Positions 43,198 to 53,061 of a stretch of 64,000 nucleotides of DNA are shown here, one piece after another. The DNA lies in NCBI GenBank assembly GCA_964449285.1, contig CAYUZX010000012.1:150-64149 (forward strand). Reading direction: 5' to 3'. The notes beneath the pieces are model-generated. The model had not been told where the DNA came from. It worked only from the letters and a program-made list of their open reading frames with translations, and searched no databases. The stretch comes from an uncultured Prolixibacteraceae bacterium. Its GTDB lineage: Bacteria; Bacteroidota; Bacteroidia; Bacteroidales; FEN-979. Position numbers and translations under genes: made by a program. Position 1 is the first letter of the stretch; each line of letters starts with the position of its first letter.

Positions 43198-43749
43198 TTT
43201 TTCAATCACCTCCGGATAATACCGATACTCCAGCTCCTGTACCTTTTTTGCCAGCATTTCAGCAGTATCGCCAGGTTCTATGGGACATTTCGCCTGGAAA
43301 ATGATCTGGCCGTCATCATATTGTTCATTCACGTAATGGATGGAGATCCCTGATTCCTGATCTCCGGACTGGATCACTGACTCATGAACCCGCATTCCGT
43401 ACATCCCTTTTCCACCATACTTAGGGAGAAGTGCCGGGTGAATGTTGATGATCCGCGAAGGGAAAGCTGTCAACAGGTATTCGGGCATGAGCCAGAGGAA
43501 CCCTGCGAGGACCAGGAAATCGATGCACTGGACAGAGAGAATATCCATGAGATGATGGGAGTGGTGGAGGTCGTGGCGAGTAAAAACGATTGAAGGAACA
43601 TGCAGATTCCCCGCTCTTTTCAGGACAAAAGCATCGGGATTGTTACAGAGCAACAGAGTGACCCGGATCTTCGGATGATCCTTAAAATGCTCAATGATCC
43701 GCTGGGCGTTGGTTCCGTTACCGGAGGCAAAAATGGCGATACGTTGCAT
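43183..43749 (-). CDS. purN: phosphoribosylglycinamide formyltransferase
   Basis: It has MQRIAIFASGNGTNAQ, the HPALLPKYGG motif, and is 188 aa long. Confidence 0.9.
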   Translation of the reverse strand: MQRIAIFASGNGTNAQRIIEHFKDHPKIRVTLLLCNNPDAFVLKRAGNLHVPSIVFTRHDLHHSHHLMDILSVQCIDFLVLAGFLWLMPEYLLTAFPSRIINIHPALLPKYGGKGMYGMRVHESVIQSGDQESGISIHYVNEQYDDGQIIFQAKCPIEPGDTAEMLAKKVQELEYRYYPEVIEKVMKS

Positions 43750-43772
43750 ACAGGAGAGCGTTGTTTCAGGTA

Positions 43773-43780
43773 CAAATGTA
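43773..43780 (-). promoter_or_regulatory. -7 box TACATTTG
   Basis: It lies 24 nt upstream of the purN ATG at 43749. Confidence 0.45.
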
Positions 43781-43943
43781 CAAAACGATCCGGATGTTAG
43801 CTTTTTATCCTAACTATCGCGTTATTAATATATTGACAGTCAATTCAGTGGTTTTGGCAAATGTTAAAAATCGTTAAAATCTGTTGTGTGGTAACAATAT
43901 TATTCATTTCTTTGCACACCGTTAAACCAATAAAAGGAGAAAT

Positions 43944-44180
43944 ATGTCTGACATTGCAGCAAAAGTTAAAGCTATCATCGTTGATAAGCTTGGCGTTGAT
44001 GAGAGTGAAGTAACGCCTGAAGCGAGCTTCACAAATGATTTAGGTGCTGACTCTCTGGATACCGTTGAGCTCATCATGGAGTTCGAAAAGGAATTTGATA
44101 TTGCAATTCCCGATGATCAGGCTGAAAAGATCAGTACAGTAGGAGAAGCGACTGCATACATCGAGAACAATACCAAATAA
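43944..44180 (+). CDS. acpP: acyl carrier protein
   Basis: A 78-aa protein with the [13 protein letters not shown] phosphopantetheine-attachment motif. Confidence 0.95.
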   Translation: MSDIAAKVKAIIVDKLGVDESEVTPEASFTNDLGADSLDTVELIMEFEKEFDIAIPDDQAEKISTVGEATAYIENNTK

Positions 44181-44193
44181 GGAATATTTACAC

Positions 44194-45450
44194 GTGGATT
44201 TAAGACGGGTTGTTGTAACTGGCCTCGGGGCCATTACACCTATTGGTAAGAATGTCGAAGACTTCTGGCAAGCTCTTATCGAAGGCGTAAGTGGCGGTGC
44301 AGATATTGTTAAGTTCGATGCCTCAAAATTCAAAACAAGATTTGCCTGTGAAGTAAAAAACTTCAATCCGGAAGACTATTTTGACCGGAAAGAGGCCCGT
44401 AAGTACGACCTTTACACGCATTACGGGATTGTCTCCAGCGATGAAGCGGTCAAGGATGCTGGTATTGACCGGGAGGGAGTTATTGACAAGACCCGCGTTG
44501 GTGTCATCTGGGCTTCTGGTATTGGTGGTCTGGATACCCTGATCAACGAGGTCTCCGGTTTCCTGAAAGGCGATGGAGTTCCGCGGTATAACCCGTTCTT
44601 TATTCCTAAGATGATTGCCGACATTACTGCCGGCCACATTTCCATCAGGTACGGCTTTATGGGCCCCAACTTTGCTACGGTTTCCGCCTGTGCCTCATCA
44701 GCCAATGCCCTCGCCGATGCCTTTATGTACATCCGCATGGGGAAAGCTGATCTATTTGTTACCGGCGGATCAGAAGCTGCCATCAACCCTGCAGGGGTCG
44801 GCGGTTTTAATGCCATGCATGCCATTTCAACCCGCAATGATGACCCAAAAACCGCATCCAGGCCATTTGACAAGGATCGCGATGGTTTTGTCATGGGTGA
44901 AGGCGGAGGGGCACTGGTCTTTGAAGAATATGAACATGCCTTGAGAAGAGGCGCCAGGATCTATGCTGAGGTGGCTGGAGCCGGACTTTCCGGTGACGCA
45001 CACCACATGACTGCACCTCATCCGGAAGGGTTGGGCGCAATATTGGCCATGAAAGCGGCAATCGAAGATTCAGGCTTGAAAAAAGAGGATATTGACCATA
45101 TCAACACGCATGGAACCGCTACGCCGGCCGGTGATATCTCGGAGGCAAGAGCGATCATATCCTATTTTGGCGATCATGCATACAACATCAACATCAACTC
45201 CACCAAATCGATGACCGGCCACCTTCTGGGTGCAGCCGGAGCAGTGGAGGCAATTGCCAGCGTTCTGGCGGTCAAAAACGATATCGTACCCCCTACGATA
45301 AACCATTTCACCGACGATCCTGATATTGACAACAGGCTTAACTTTACCTTCAACAAAGCTCAGAAGCGAATCGTGAATGTAGCCCTTACCAATACCTTTG
45401 GATTTGGAGGCCACAACGCCAGCCTGATCTTTAAGAAGTATCAACCCTAA
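44194..45450 (+). CDS. fabF: beta-ketoacyl-ACP synthase II
   Basis: It has RVVVTGLG, the active-site context ACASS, the HGTATP and GHLLGAAG motifs, and a GTG start. Confidence 0.95.
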   Translation: MDLRRVVVTGLGAITPIGKNVEDFWQALIEGVSGGADIVKFDASKFKTRFACEVKNFNPEDYFDRKEARKYDLYTHYGIVSSDEAVKDAGIDREGVIDKTRVGVIWASGIGGLDTLINEVSGFLKGDGVPRYNPFFIPKMIADITAGHISIRYGFMGPNFATVSACASSANALADAFMYIRMGKADLFVTGGSEAAINPAGVGGFNAMHAISTRNDDPKTASRPFDKDRDGFVMGEGGGALVFEEYEHALRRGARIYAEVAGAGLSGDAHHMTAPHPEGLGAILAMKAAIEDSGLKKEDIDHINTHGTATPAGDISEARAIISYFGDHAYNININSTKSMTGHLLGAAGAVEAIASVLAVKNDIVPPTINHFTDDPDIDNRLNFTFNKAQKRIVNVALTNTFGFGGHNASLIFKKYQP

Positions 45451-45467
45451 TCATTTTCAGGCCAGGA

Positions 45468-46184
45468 TTGTCCAGATTCATTAAATCTTCCGCTGACAGG
45501 AAATTATCCGCTTCGATAAAAAATATTCTCGGATTTAAGCCCGGCAATATTGCTCTGTACAAACTCGCATTCCTTCATCGTTCAGTCGGACAGGATATCA
45601 TCAGAGGGATTAAAATTAACAATGAACGGCTTGAATTCCTGGGCGACGCTATCCTGGATGCCATAATAGCTGACTTCCTCTTTAAGACATTTCCCACCCA
45701 GGATGAGGGGTTCCTCACTGAGATGAGATCCAAGATCGTTAGCCGGGTACAGTTGAACAAACTTGCACAGAAGCTGGGGCTGGACCACCTAATCCAGCTG
45801 GATGGAGCTAATGGAGTTTATCGCTCCTACAAGGGAGATGCGTTTGAAGCACTCATCGGCGCAATATATTTGGATAAAGGATACATTTTCACCCGGAAGA
45901 TCCTGCTGGAGCGGATTATAAAGCATTACTTCGACCTTGACGAACTAGTAAACCAGGAAATGAATTTCAAAAGCAAAGTCATTGAATGGGCCCAGAAAGA
46001 GCGAAAAAACCTTCAGTTCAACGTTGTAAAAGAAGTAGGGTCGGGCAATAAAAAGCAGTACGTGGTTGAAGTCGTTGTGAATAACACCCCCCTGGCCCGA
46101 AGCCAACACTACTCCATCAAAGGAGCTGAACAGCTTGCATCCGAAAAAGCCTGGGCGCAAATCTCCACCGAACATATTGACTAA
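45468..46184 (+). CDS. rnc: ribonuclease III
   Basis: It carries the ERLEFLGDAIL signature and a C-terminal dsRBD. The start is non-ATG (TTG). Confidence 0.9.
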   Translation: MSRFIKSSADRKLSASIKNILGFKPGNIALYKLAFLHRSVGQDIIRGIKINNERLEFLGDAILDAIIADFLFKTFPTQDEGFLTEMRSKIVSRVQLNKLAQKLGLDHLIQLDGANGVYRSYKGDAFEALIGAIYLDKGYIFTRKILLERIIKHYFDLDELVNQEMNFKSKVIEWAQKERKNLQFNVVKEVGSGNKKQYVVEVVVNNTPLARSQHYSIKGAEQLASEKAWAQISTEHID

Positions 46185-46199
46185 GCCTTTATTTTTTCG

Positions 46200-46207
46200 T
46201 ACCTTTG
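46200..46207 (+). promoter_or_regulatory. -7 box TACCTTTG
   Basis: It lies 24 nt upstream of the ATG at 46231. Confidence 0.5.
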
Positions 46208-46230
46208 TGTAAGGGAATAAAGCAAAAACA

Positions 46231-46707
46231 ATGGCCAAACGAATATTTTTGGAGGCACGGTCAGGATCCATCTATTACACACTTCTGGGACTCTCTACTC
46301 AGTTGAAGGACTATCGTCTCTCATTCCTGCTCAATAAACTGCCCGGTTTCCGGTTTACCCGTTTTGACGACCTGATGGTTACCATGCCGGATGTTAAGGA
46401 ACCGGTATCTTTCTCCCTCTATACCTGTTACGATGAAGAGAATTTCAATAGCTATACCCTGCTGTCGAACCGAAGCAGTGATCATTTTCTGGTTCCTTCC
46501 GTCAGGCAAACCGATTATCTAATGATGATTGAAGGACCATTTAAAAAACAGCAGAAAGATGACCTGCTTAAAGCGCTGCGAACTGTCCCAAATATATTGC
46601 TGGCAACAGAGATCAATACATCATCGATTAAACAGTTTGAGAGCCTGATTTCCGATCTTGAACTGCATCATATGAAAAGTAAAAAAGGAACTATGCAAAT
46701 TACGTAA
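46231..46707 (+). CDS. conserved hypothetical, probably the Bacteroidota IPExxxVDY family
   Basis: A 158-aa protein. LVPSVRQTDYLMMI fits the IPExxxVDY family-name motif loosely. The family name is recalled from memory. Confidence 0.45.
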   Translation: MAKRIFLEARSGSIYYTLLGLSTQLKDYRLSFLLNKLPGFRFTRFDDLMVTMPDVKEPVSFSLYTCYDEENFNSYTLLSNRSSDHFLVPSVRQTDYLMMIEGPFKKQQKDDLLKALRTVPNILLATEINTSSIKQFESLISDLELHHMKSKKGTMQIT

Positions 46708-46721
46708 AACAGGAGGTACAC

Positions 46722-47075
46722 ATGTTTGAGAATCTGAAAGAGAAACTGGATAAAGGGATCGAGTATGCCTTTATGACCAGCGAAAAGATCACCAAAGCGG
46801 CCAAAGAGCTTGCAAAAGAGAACAACCTCACCAAAGAGGAAGCAAAAAAATTACTGGATTATCTGCAGAAAAAATCAGAAGAGACCAGGGATAATCTGGA
46901 AAAAACCATGCAGGATTTCCTCAAAGCAAGCTTGAAAAAGATGGAAATCCCATCACGGGAAGATATGAAGAAGCTTGAGGAGAGGATTCGGAAGCTGGAA
47001 GGCAAAAAGAAACCGGCTGTCGCAAAAAAGCGCACTACTCCCAAAACAAAGCCGAAGCCCAAAGCCACGAAGTAG
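46722..47075 (+). CDS. phasin-like coiled-coil protein with a lysine-rich tail
   Basis: A 117-aa protein with IPSREDMKKLEERIRKLE, a motif typical of COG3937-type phasin-like proteins. The tail is basic (KKKPAVAKKRTTPKTKPKPKATK). Confidence 0.45.
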   Translation: MFENLKEKLDKGIEYAFMTSEKITKAAKELAKENNLTKEEAKKLLDYLQKKSEETRDNLEKTMQDFLKASLKKMEIPSREDMKKLEERIRKLEGKKKPAVAKKRTTPKTKPKPKATK

Positions 47076-47097
47076 AACGGATTAACATAGGGGGATC

Positions 47098-48750
47098 ATG
47101 CTGAATTTGATTAAGATAGGGACTGCTGTCAATGAAATCGGGCGGGCCCGTGAGATCATCGGGATTATTGTGAAATACGGTTTCAATGACTGGGTCAGCA
47201 AGAATGGCCTGGGGAAGTACCTTGTCACTAAAAAGAGGCTGACCCGGATCGGCAAGTACAACACCTGGGAACGTGTACGAATGGCCCTGGACGAGCTTGG
47301 CCCCACATTCATCAAGTTTGGTCAGATCCTGGCTGATCGCCCGGATATCATTTCCGAACCGCTCAGGATGGAACTCTCCAGGCTGCAGGATGAAGCAGAA
47401 CCGATGTCGGATGAAGTTGCTATCAAAGCGATTGAGAAAGAACTGAAAATTCCGTTGATGCAGGTGTTCAGAGACTTCGATTGCATGAATATCGCTTCAG
47501 CCAGCATTGCCCAGGTTTATAGGGCCAGGCTTCAGACAGGTGAGGAGGTGTGTGTAAAGATTCAACGCCCCGACATCGAACATAAGATTGAATTGGACCT
47601 TCACCTGATGGAATATTTCGCTACGCGCATGCAGAAAAACAATCCCGAGATGGAGGCAATCGATGTGCTCGGTGTGGTGCGCGAATTTGGAAAGACCATA
47701 CGAAAAGAGCTTGATTTCAGGCATGAAGCAGCCAATGTGGTTCGGTTTCAGCACAACTTCGAAGGGGACCCGGATATTTACGTCCCCAAGCTTTATATGG
47801 AATATACTACCGGGAAGCTGATTGTTGAGGAGTATATTACCGGGATCAAGATTAGCGATACAGATGCATTGATCCAGGCTGGAAACGATCCTGTTGTGGT
47901 TGCAAGAAAGGCTGTAAGAACCATCTTTGACATGATCTTCAACCATGGGTTTTTCCATGCCGACCCTCATCCTGGAAATATCTTCGTATTGGATAACAAC
48001 GTCCTCACATTTATAGATTTCGGAATGATGGGATCGCTCAGGGAAGAACAGCTTTTTTTCCTTGGAAAGTATGCCTTGGGATATATCCAACGGGATGCCC
48101 ATAACATGACGGAAGCTCTCCTCCTGGTCTCCGGGAAGCGCCACTTCAGCCAGAAACGGGAACTTGAATTCCAGATTGGGGAGATGATGGCCCATTACCG
48201 ATACCTCCCTATTGAAGAGATGGATTTCGGAAAGGTCCTGCAGGAATCGATCGATATTATTGTAAAGTTCGGACTGAAAATTCCTCCCAGCATTTACCTG
48301 TTGGTGAAATGCCTGGCTACCATTGAACGCGTGTCGGTAATGCTCTATCCGGGAATCGATTTTGTGGATGAAATGCAACCTTATGCTCTCGACCTCTTCG
48401 CCCGCCAGTTTGATCCCAAAACCATCGCCCGGGAAGTATTCGATTCACTGAAGGAGTATTACCGTTTGGTCATGGAGCTTCCTTCCGAGCTCAACGAAAT
48501 CATCAGCAAGATCAAAGAGGGGAGATTTAAAACCCTTATTGAGATTAAAGGATTTGAACCATTGGTAGAGGAGATCGAACAAACCAGCAACCGGGTCTCT
48601 ATCGCAATCGTACTGGCCGCCCTGATTATCGGCGGATCTATCATCTCTCAACAGGAAGAGATCCGCTGGATTGGAACCACCATCTTCGTGCTGGCGGGGA
48701 TTTTCGGGTTCTGGCTGTTGTTTAAATTGTTTCGGAGGGGGAAATACTAG
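47098..48750 (+). CDS. ABC1/UbiB-family atypical kinase
   Basis: It has the ASIAQVYRA motif, FFHADPHPGNIF, DFGMMG and two C-terminal TM helices. Confidence 0.85.
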   Translation: MLNLIKIGTAVNEIGRAREIIGIIVKYGFNDWVSKNGLGKYLVTKKRLTRIGKYNTWERVRMALDELGPTFIKFGQILADRPDIISEPLRMELSRLQDEAEPMSDEVAIKAIEKELKIPLMQVFRDFDCMNIASASIAQVYRARLQTGEEVCVKIQRPDIEHKIELDLHLMEYFATRMQKNNPEMEAIDVLGVVREFGKTIRKELDFRHEAANVVRFQHNFEGDPDIYVPKLYMEYTTGKLIVEEYITGIKISDTDALIQAGNDPVVVARKAVRTIFDMIFNHGFFHADPHPGNIFVLDNNVLTFIDFGMMGSLREEQLFFLGKYALGYIQRDAHNMTEALLLVSGKRHFSQKRELEFQIGEMMAHYRYLPIEEMDFGKVLQESIDIIVKFGLKIPPSIYLLVKCLATIERVSVMLYPGIDFVDEMQPYALDLFARQFDPKTIAREVFDSLKEYYRLVMELPSELNEIISKIKEGRFKTLIEIKGFEPLVEEIEQTSNRVSIAIVLAALIIGGSIISQQEEIRWIGTTIFVLAGIFGFWLLFKLFRRGKY

Positions 48751-48810
48751 ATAGTGAGATGGTGAAATAATTAAGTTTGATTCCTCAATTTTCACTATCT
48801 AACCATATTA

Positions 48811-49833
48811 TTATATGGCACCAATAAACTGTTTCAGGAACCTCACGTCGTTCTCAAAGAACAACCGCAGATCCCGGATTTGGTATTTCAACATGGTGAT
48901 GCGTTCGATGCCCATACCGAAAGCAAAGCCGGTATAGGTTTCGGGATCTATGTTGCAGTTGGCAAGGACTTGGGGATCTACCATCCCACAACCCAGGATT
49001 TCGACCCATCCGGTATACTTGCAGATGTTACACCCTTTTCCGCCACAGATGTAACAGGAGATATCCATCTCTCCCGATGGTTCAGTGAAGGGAAAGAATG
49101 AAGGCCGGAGCCGGATTTGGGTCTCTTCGCCAAACATCTCCTGTGCAAAAAAATAGAGTGACTGCTTCAGGTCGGCAAAGGAGACATCTTTGTCAACATA
49201 GAGTCCCTCCACCTGATGAAAGATGCAGTGGGCTCTGGCGGAGATCGCTTCGTTGCGAAACACCCGACCGGGGAATATTTTGCGGATGGGAGGTTGTACT
49301 GTCTCCATCATCCGGATTTGTACCGATGACGTATGTGTTCTCAGGAGAATGTCGGGATTCTGCTGAATGAAGTAAGTGTCCTGCATATCTTTGGCCGGAT
49401 GTTCTGCAGGGAAGTTGAGAGCCGAGAAGTTGTACCAGTCGTTTTCAATCTCCGGCCCTTCTGCAACAGAGTAGCCCAATCGGGCGAAAATATCAATGAT
49501 TTGGTTACTGACGATGGATAAGGGATGCCTGGCACCAAGCCTCACCTGGCCGGTTGGCCTGGTGAGATCATGGTCGGCGCTGTCATCTTCGCCACCCTCT
49601 TCGAAGGAAGTTTTAAGTTCATCCAGCTTTTGGGCGGCACGGATCTTGAGCTTATTCAGGAGTTGTCCAACAACCCGTTTCTCCTCGTTGGGGACGGCAC
49701 GAAACTCCTCAAACAGGGCAGAAACGACACCTTTTTTGCTCAGGAATTTGAGACGAAGTTGTTCCACCTCTTCCCCGCAAGAAGCCGTCAGGGTTTCAAT
49801 CTCCTGTAGAAGATGTTCTATTTTCTCCTGCAT
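48811..49833 (-). CDS. pheS: phenylalanine--tRNA ligase alpha subunit
   Basis: It shows class II motifs (FRNEAISARAHCIFHQVEG and GFAFGMGIERI) and is 340 aa long. Confidence 0.95.
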   Translation of the reverse strand: MQEKIEHLLQEIETLTASCGEEVEQLRLKFLSKKGVVSALFEEFRAVPNEEKRVVGQLLNKLKIRAAQKLDELKTSFEEGGEDDSADHDLTRPTGQVRLGARHPLSIVSNQIIDIFARLGYSVAEGPEIENDWYNFSALNFPAEHPAKDMQDTYFIQQNPDILLRTHTSSVQIRMMETVQPPIRKIFPGRVFRNEAISARAHCIFHQVEGLYVDKDVSFADLKQSLYFFAQEMFGEETQIRLRPSFFPFTEPSGEMDISCYICGGKGCNICKYTGWVEILGCGMVDPQVLANCNIDPETYTGFAFGMGIERITMLKYQIRDLRLFFENDVRFLKQFIGAI

Positions 49834-49848
49834 ATCTGAGAAAAAGTT

Positions 49849-50520
49849 TTAATCGATCAGTTTGACTGTCATTTTGATATCCTGAACCGGACGGTCGCCA
49901 GGCCCTTTCTGCACGGCTGAAATTTTATCAATCACATCAAATCCATCTGTAATCTCACCGAAAACGGTGTAATTCATATCCAGAAAAGGGGTTCCTCCAA
50001 GGGTCTCATAGGCCTTTTTCTGGTCATCGGTATAGGAAATTCCCATCTGTGTGGCCAGGCCGTTGATTTGAGCTTCTGAGTAGGGTTTCCCCTGGACGAT
50101 ATAGAATTGCGAGCCGGAAGAGGCTTTCTCGGGATTCACCTGGTCGGGCTGCCTGGCTGCAGCCAGCGCACCTTTCTTGTGGATCAGGTTTTTATTGAAT
50201 TCGGCAGGGACCGTATATCCCGGGCCGCCGGAACCTAACGCAACACCTGGTTTTGCATTTCTTGAATTGGGGTCGCCGCCTTGAATCATAAATCCGGAGA
50301 TCACCCTGTGGAACAGCAGATCGTTGAAATACCCCTCCTTGATCAGTTTGACAAAGTTGTCCTTGTGCTCAGGAGTTTCATTATAGAGGTATCCTTTCAT
50401 ATCTCCATAGCTAGTATGTATGACAAACTTGGTCACCTTTTCATTCGTTGTTTTTTGAGACATAGCTGAAATGTTAAAGATCATAAATCCGATCAGAATA
50501 AAAAACCATCCTTTTTTCAT
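49849..50520 (-). CDS. secreted cyclophilin-type peptidyl-prolyl isomerase
   Basis: A signal peptide is followed by the FHRVISGFMIQGGDP and SQFYIV motifs. Confidence 0.9.
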   Translation of the reverse strand: MKKGWFFILIGFMIFNISAMSQKTTNEKVTKFVIHTSYGDMKGYLYNETPEHKDNFVKLIKEGYFNDLLFHRVISGFMIQGGDPNSRNAKPGVALGSGGPGYTVPAEFNKNLIHKKGALAAARQPDQVNPEKASSGSQFYIVQGKPYSEAQINGLATQMGISYTDDQKKAYETLGGTPFLDMNYTVFGEITDGFDVIDKISAVQKGPGDRPVQDIKMTVKLID

Positions 50521-50550
50521 GGGTTACTGATTTTAAGTTAAAAAACAGCG

Positions 50551-50558
50551 CAAAATTA
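50551..50558 (-). promoter_or_regulatory. -7 box TAATTTTG
   Basis: It lies 31 nt upstream of the ATG at 50520. Confidence 0.45.
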
Positions 50559-50580
50559 TGAAATTTTCGCTGGACAGGGG

Positions 50581-51165
50581 CTAGCCCGGGTGGTTTTTCT
50601 TCATTTCACCGAAACATTTTCTGCAAAGAGGCTCATAGGCATCTGTCTCCCCAAGCCTGATCCGGTCATCTCCCGGCACGATCCGGTGGGAATAGTGAGC
50701 CAGGTCGCCGCAATGGATACATATAGCATGCACCTTTGTGACATACTCGGCAGTAGCCATCAAAGCGGGCATCGGGCCAAAGGGCACGCCAAGGTAATCG
50801 AGATCCAGGCCGGCGACAATCACGCGGATCCCCTGGTTGGCCAGTATGTTGCATACCGAAGAGAGTTCGTCATCGAGGAATTGCGCTTCATCGATGCCAA
50901 CTACTTCCACATCATTGGTCAGTAACAGGATGCTTGAGGCGGACTCCACTGGTGTGGAAGGGATCGAATTTTCGTCGTGCGATACGACCTCTTCGGTAGC
51001 GTAACGTGTATCCACCTTCGGTTTGAAGATCTCCACCCGCTGCCTGGCGATACGGGCACGTTTCAGCCGACGGATCAGCTCTTCGGTCTTGCCGGAGAAC
51101 ATCGATCCGCAAATCACTTCGATCCAACCAAGGCGGTTGATCTGTCTGTTTTTTTCAAGCAACAT
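50581..51165 (-). CDS. tdk: thymidine kinase
   Basis: It has the P-loop [16 protein letters not shown], and the C-terminal zinc cysteines (CIHCG ... CRKC). Confidence 0.9.
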   Translation of the reverse strand: MLLEKNRQINRLGWIEVICGSMFSGKTEELIRRLKRARIARQRVEIFKPKVDTRYATEEVVSHDENSIPSTPVESASSILLLTNDVEVVGIDEAQFLDDELSSVCNILANQGIRVIVAGLDLDYLGVPFGPMPALMATAEYVTKVHAICIHCGDLAHYSHRIVPGDDRIRLGETDAYEPLCRKCFGEMKKNHPG

Positions 51166-51220
51166 AACGCCGAGTCATTTCCAAAGAAGCCAGAATTCCG
51201 TTATCTTTACGCCACAAAGG

Positions 51221-51228
51221 CAAAAGTA
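51221..51228 (-). promoter_or_regulatory. -7 box TACTTTTG
   Basis: It lies 56 nt upstream of the tdk ATG at 51165. Confidence 0.35.
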
Positions 51229-51345
51229 CTAAATCACCTGAAATATCCATACAAACAATGTTCACACAAAACGTGGATGTGAATAATGGATATTCCATGT
51301 GACAAGTAAAATCAAAATTATTAACACATGAAATATCTCTGCTGA

Positions 51346-52014
51346 ATGAACCGCGAAATCATACAAAATCAATTATCGGAGTTACTGGAGGCGATCCAGG
51401 AGCAATACGAAATCGTCCGAAATACTGAAGGCCGCATTCCTCAGATCGAATTTGATATCCTCCTGGACAATATCCGTAAGGTCTATGACCAGCTCCACCT
51501 CCTTCAAAAAGTAGGGTCGGGGCATGCCCCGTCCCTACCAGAAGCACCACCTCCCTCTGACTATGCCCCGACCCCACTCGTCCAACCTGTCCAACCCGTC
51601 CCACTCCCCCCCCCACCGATTCTTTCGGTTGAGCGCCCGAAATCGGAGCTCCGGAAAGAGGAGGAGACCGGGAAGAAGGCAGCCAAAGCAGCCGATCTGG
51701 ATCTCTTTACAGGGGAAGAGCCCACATTCAACATGAAACTCAAGGATGCCCGGGAGCAAAGTCTTCCCCCGAAGGCTGAACCTGTCGAGCACCTGAAACA
51801 GCTGATCAGCATCAACGATAAGTTCATCTTCATCAACGAACTTTTCGACGGCAACCTGAAGGAGTATAATGAAGCCATTGAAACGCTTAACGGTTTCAAG
51901 GTGAAGAATGACTCATTCGAATACCTCGACCTGCTCCGGAAAAAGAACCTCTGGGAGCTTGAATCCGGAACCCTCATGAAGCTGAAGGAGATTGTGGAGA
52001 GGAACTACCCCTAA
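51346..52014 (+). CDS. hypothetical protein with a proline-rich linker
   Basis: A 222-aa protein with helical N- and C-terminal parts separated by PSLPEAPPPSDYAPTPLVQPVQPVPLPPPP. Confidence 0.5.
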   Translation: MNREIIQNQLSELLEAIQEQYEIVRNTEGRIPQIEFDILLDNIRKVYDQLHLLQKVGSGHAPSLPEAPPPSDYAPTPLVQPVQPVPLPPPPILSVERPKSELRKEEETGKKAAKAADLDLFTGEEPTFNMKLKDAREQSLPPKAEPVEHLKQLISINDKFIFINELFDGNLKEYNEAIETLNGFKVKNDSFEYLDLLRKKNLWELESGTLMKLKEIVERNYP

Positions 52015-52026
52015 ATCCCCGACTTA

Positions 52027-52056
52027 CCCCTAAATCCCCTGAAGGGGACTTAGGGG
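52027..52056. repeat. near-perfect 30-nt palindrome overlapping the dusB stop, preceded by a direct copy of CCCCTAAATCCCC
   Basis: The palindrome is CCCCTAAATCCCCTGAAGGGGACTTAGGGG. The direct repeat occurs at 52008-52020 and 52027-52039. Confidence 0.7.
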
Positions 52057-53018
52057 CAAATGTCAGTCAATATTCCCTCAACCGCCCCGATCGTCGTTGC
52101 TGTCACCAGCCTCATCCTGTATGGTTTCATGTTGGGGATCCCTTTGAAGTAACCGCTGTAGAATTTCCTGAATTCGAGGAGAGTAAGCCGTTCGCCTTTA
52201 TAAGCCACTGATTTACTGAAATGTTCGCGTAGGATAGTAATGCGTTCCGGGATATCAGGCTGGGGGGGGATATAGCCTGTTTGCAGATAGGATTTGATTT
52301 CCCGGAAGATCCAGGGGTTTCCAGTTGCTGCCCGGCCTATCATTAGTCCATCCACCGCTGATTGGTCCAGTCGCTCTTTTGCAACCAGTGCATTGGTGAT
52401 GTCGCCATTACCGAAAACCGGGATGCGCATCCGTGGATTCCGTTTTACCTCTCCGATCAGCCTCCAGTCAGCCTGGCCGCCATAGAGCTGCACTGCCGTT
52501 CTGCCGTGGATGGCGATAGCAGCAATGCCGAGGTCCTGCAGCTGTTCGGTCAACGTGATGATAGGCTGGTCGCCCTTGTCCCAGCCTAACCGGGTCTTCA
52601 CCGTGACCGGTAAGTGGGTGGCTTTGACCACCGCTCCGGCAATCTCAAGCATCCGGGGAATATCTTTAAGCAATGCTGCACCTGCACCCTTTCTCACGAC
52701 TTTCTTTACCGGGCATCCGAAGTTGAGATCGATCATATCGGGCGCCGCTTCTTCGGCCAATTCAGCCGCTCTTCGCATCGAATCTACATCGTGGCCGAAG
52801 ATCTGAATAGCCACAGGCCGCTCCAGCTCCTCAAACGTGAGCTTGATCTTGCTCTTCATGGCATCCCGGATGAGCCCTTCCGAAGAGATGAACTCCGAAA
52901 CTACCAGGTCGGCGCCAAACTGCTTGCATACCGACCGAAACGGGGAGTCGGTGATGTTCTCCATCGGCGCCAGGATGAGCGATGGCAGAGGCAGGGTGGT
53001 ATTTCCAATTGTGATCAA
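52050..53018 (-). CDS. dusB: tRNA-dihydrouridine synthase
   Basis: It has a TIM-barrel Dus pattern: LAPMENITD, DLNFGCP (catalytic Cys) and IHGRT. Confidence 0.9.
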   Translation of the reverse strand: MITIGNTTLPLPSLILAPMENITDSPFRSVCKQFGADLVVSEFISSEGLIRDAMKSKIKLTFEELERPVAIQIFGHDVDSMRRAAELAEEAAPDMIDLNFGCPVKKVVRKGAGAALLKDIPRMLEIAGAVVKATHLPVTVKTRLGWDKGDQPIITLTEQLQDLGIAAIAIHGRTAVQLYGGQADWRLIGEVKRNPRMRIPVFGNGDITNALVAKERLDQSAVDGLMIGRAATGNPWIFREIKSYLQTGYIPPQPDIPERITILREHFSKSVAYKGERLTLLEFRKFYSGYFKGIPNMKPYRMRLVTATTIGAVEGILTDICP

Positions 53019-53036
53019 AATAATCTATATTCGTGG

Positions 53037-53044
53037 CAAAAATA
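53037..53044 (-). promoter_or_regulatory. -7 box TATTTTTG
   Basis: It lies 19 nt upstream of the dusB ATG at 53018. Confidence 0.45.
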
Positions 53045-53061
53045 GTGAAATCGGCAACGCT

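Noticed and set aside
47497-48378. A 293-aa minus-strand ORF lies opposite the UbiB-like kinase gene.
   Set aside because: It is antisense to a gene with clear ABC1 kinase motifs.
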